The position numbers and the translations under genes are program-made. DNA of 64,000 bases. Origin: Azolla caroliniana (Eukaryota > Plantae > Polypodiophyta). Shown one piece after another: positions 63,530 through 64,000 of the stretch (position 1 is the first letter of the stretch; each line of letters opens with the position of its first letter). Below the pieces are notes generated by a model. That model worked only from the letters and a program-made list of their open reading frames with translations, ran no database searches and was not told the DNA's origin. The stretch spans positions 5,394,001-5,458,000 of the forward strand of contig JBHGNT010000005.1 in NCBI GenBank assembly GCA_043228905.1, read 5' to 3'.

Positions 63530-63720
63530 AATTTGAAATACCTTGGCCTTGAGATTTCCTCCAATCACAAATGGGATGGATGCTCCACCGGTTTAAAGCA
63601 ATTCAAAACACATCCAATGAGGATAAACAAAATTGTGGGGTTCTCAAGAAATATTGCTAGAATACTTGCAATGGGAGCAAGTAAATTCAGAACAAAATAT
63701 AGATTTTCATATCAATGAAA
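63530..63720 (+). mobile_element. Degenerate LINE RT-thumb fragment
   Basis: KYLGLEISSNHKW resembles the KYLG...KW segment of the LINE at about 9215-9260. Confidence 0.4.
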
Positions 63721-64000
63721 TATATGTGCAAACTGTTTTGAATGATGGGATTGCATTACATTCGATGATGTATGAATATATTCCTTGATGAAGGAGACTT
63801 TTTAACATTGTCAATGTATCATGACTTGTGAGACTTGTCGGAATGTCACGCTTTTTCACACATTATATCATGTATGTTGAACCAAACTATAAAACCATCT
63901 TCTTTTCCGAATGAGCAAACCATAATCAACCATACATGTTAGATCTCATCCCCTTCTTTGACGATCTAGATTCTAGACCATTGCTTTCCATACCATTTAT

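Overview
AT-rich eukaryotic nuclear DNA from a land plant. The chromovirus type and a plastid rpoC1 fragment suggest a non-seed plant such as a fern (inference). Two intron-rich genes were reconstructed by hand with consistent reading phase. One is a + strand alpha/beta-hydrolase lipase (9 coding exons, 21425-28036, about 752 aa, At1g18460/At1g73920-like). The other is a - strand, highly divergent DDB1-like beta-propeller gene (20 exons, 54287-35116, about 1097 aa) with two GC-AG introns and apparently decayed 3' exons. At 7.1-16.5 kb three elements are nested: a TIR element contains a LINE (10-bp TSD), which contains a full-length Ty3/Gypsy chromovirus (447-bp LTRs, about 98% identical). The chromovirus carries the most unusual signals. 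Each LTR holds an antisense tRNA-derived (Pol III box A/box B) module. There is no tRNA PBS, but a 12-nt Tf1-type self-priming site, plus a hairpin that could mask the 3' copy of the primer. The gag/pol junction has a G_UUA_AAC plus stem-loop -1 frameshift signal. Introns of the DDB1-like gene hold many copies of a LINE family with a C-terminal PIP-box match and a conserved 3' stem-loop. Also present are a plastid insertion, several tandem duplications, an ORF-less spliced-looking unit (2-7 kb) and an orphan low-complexity 430-aa ORF. All calls come from reading the sequence; no database searches were run.
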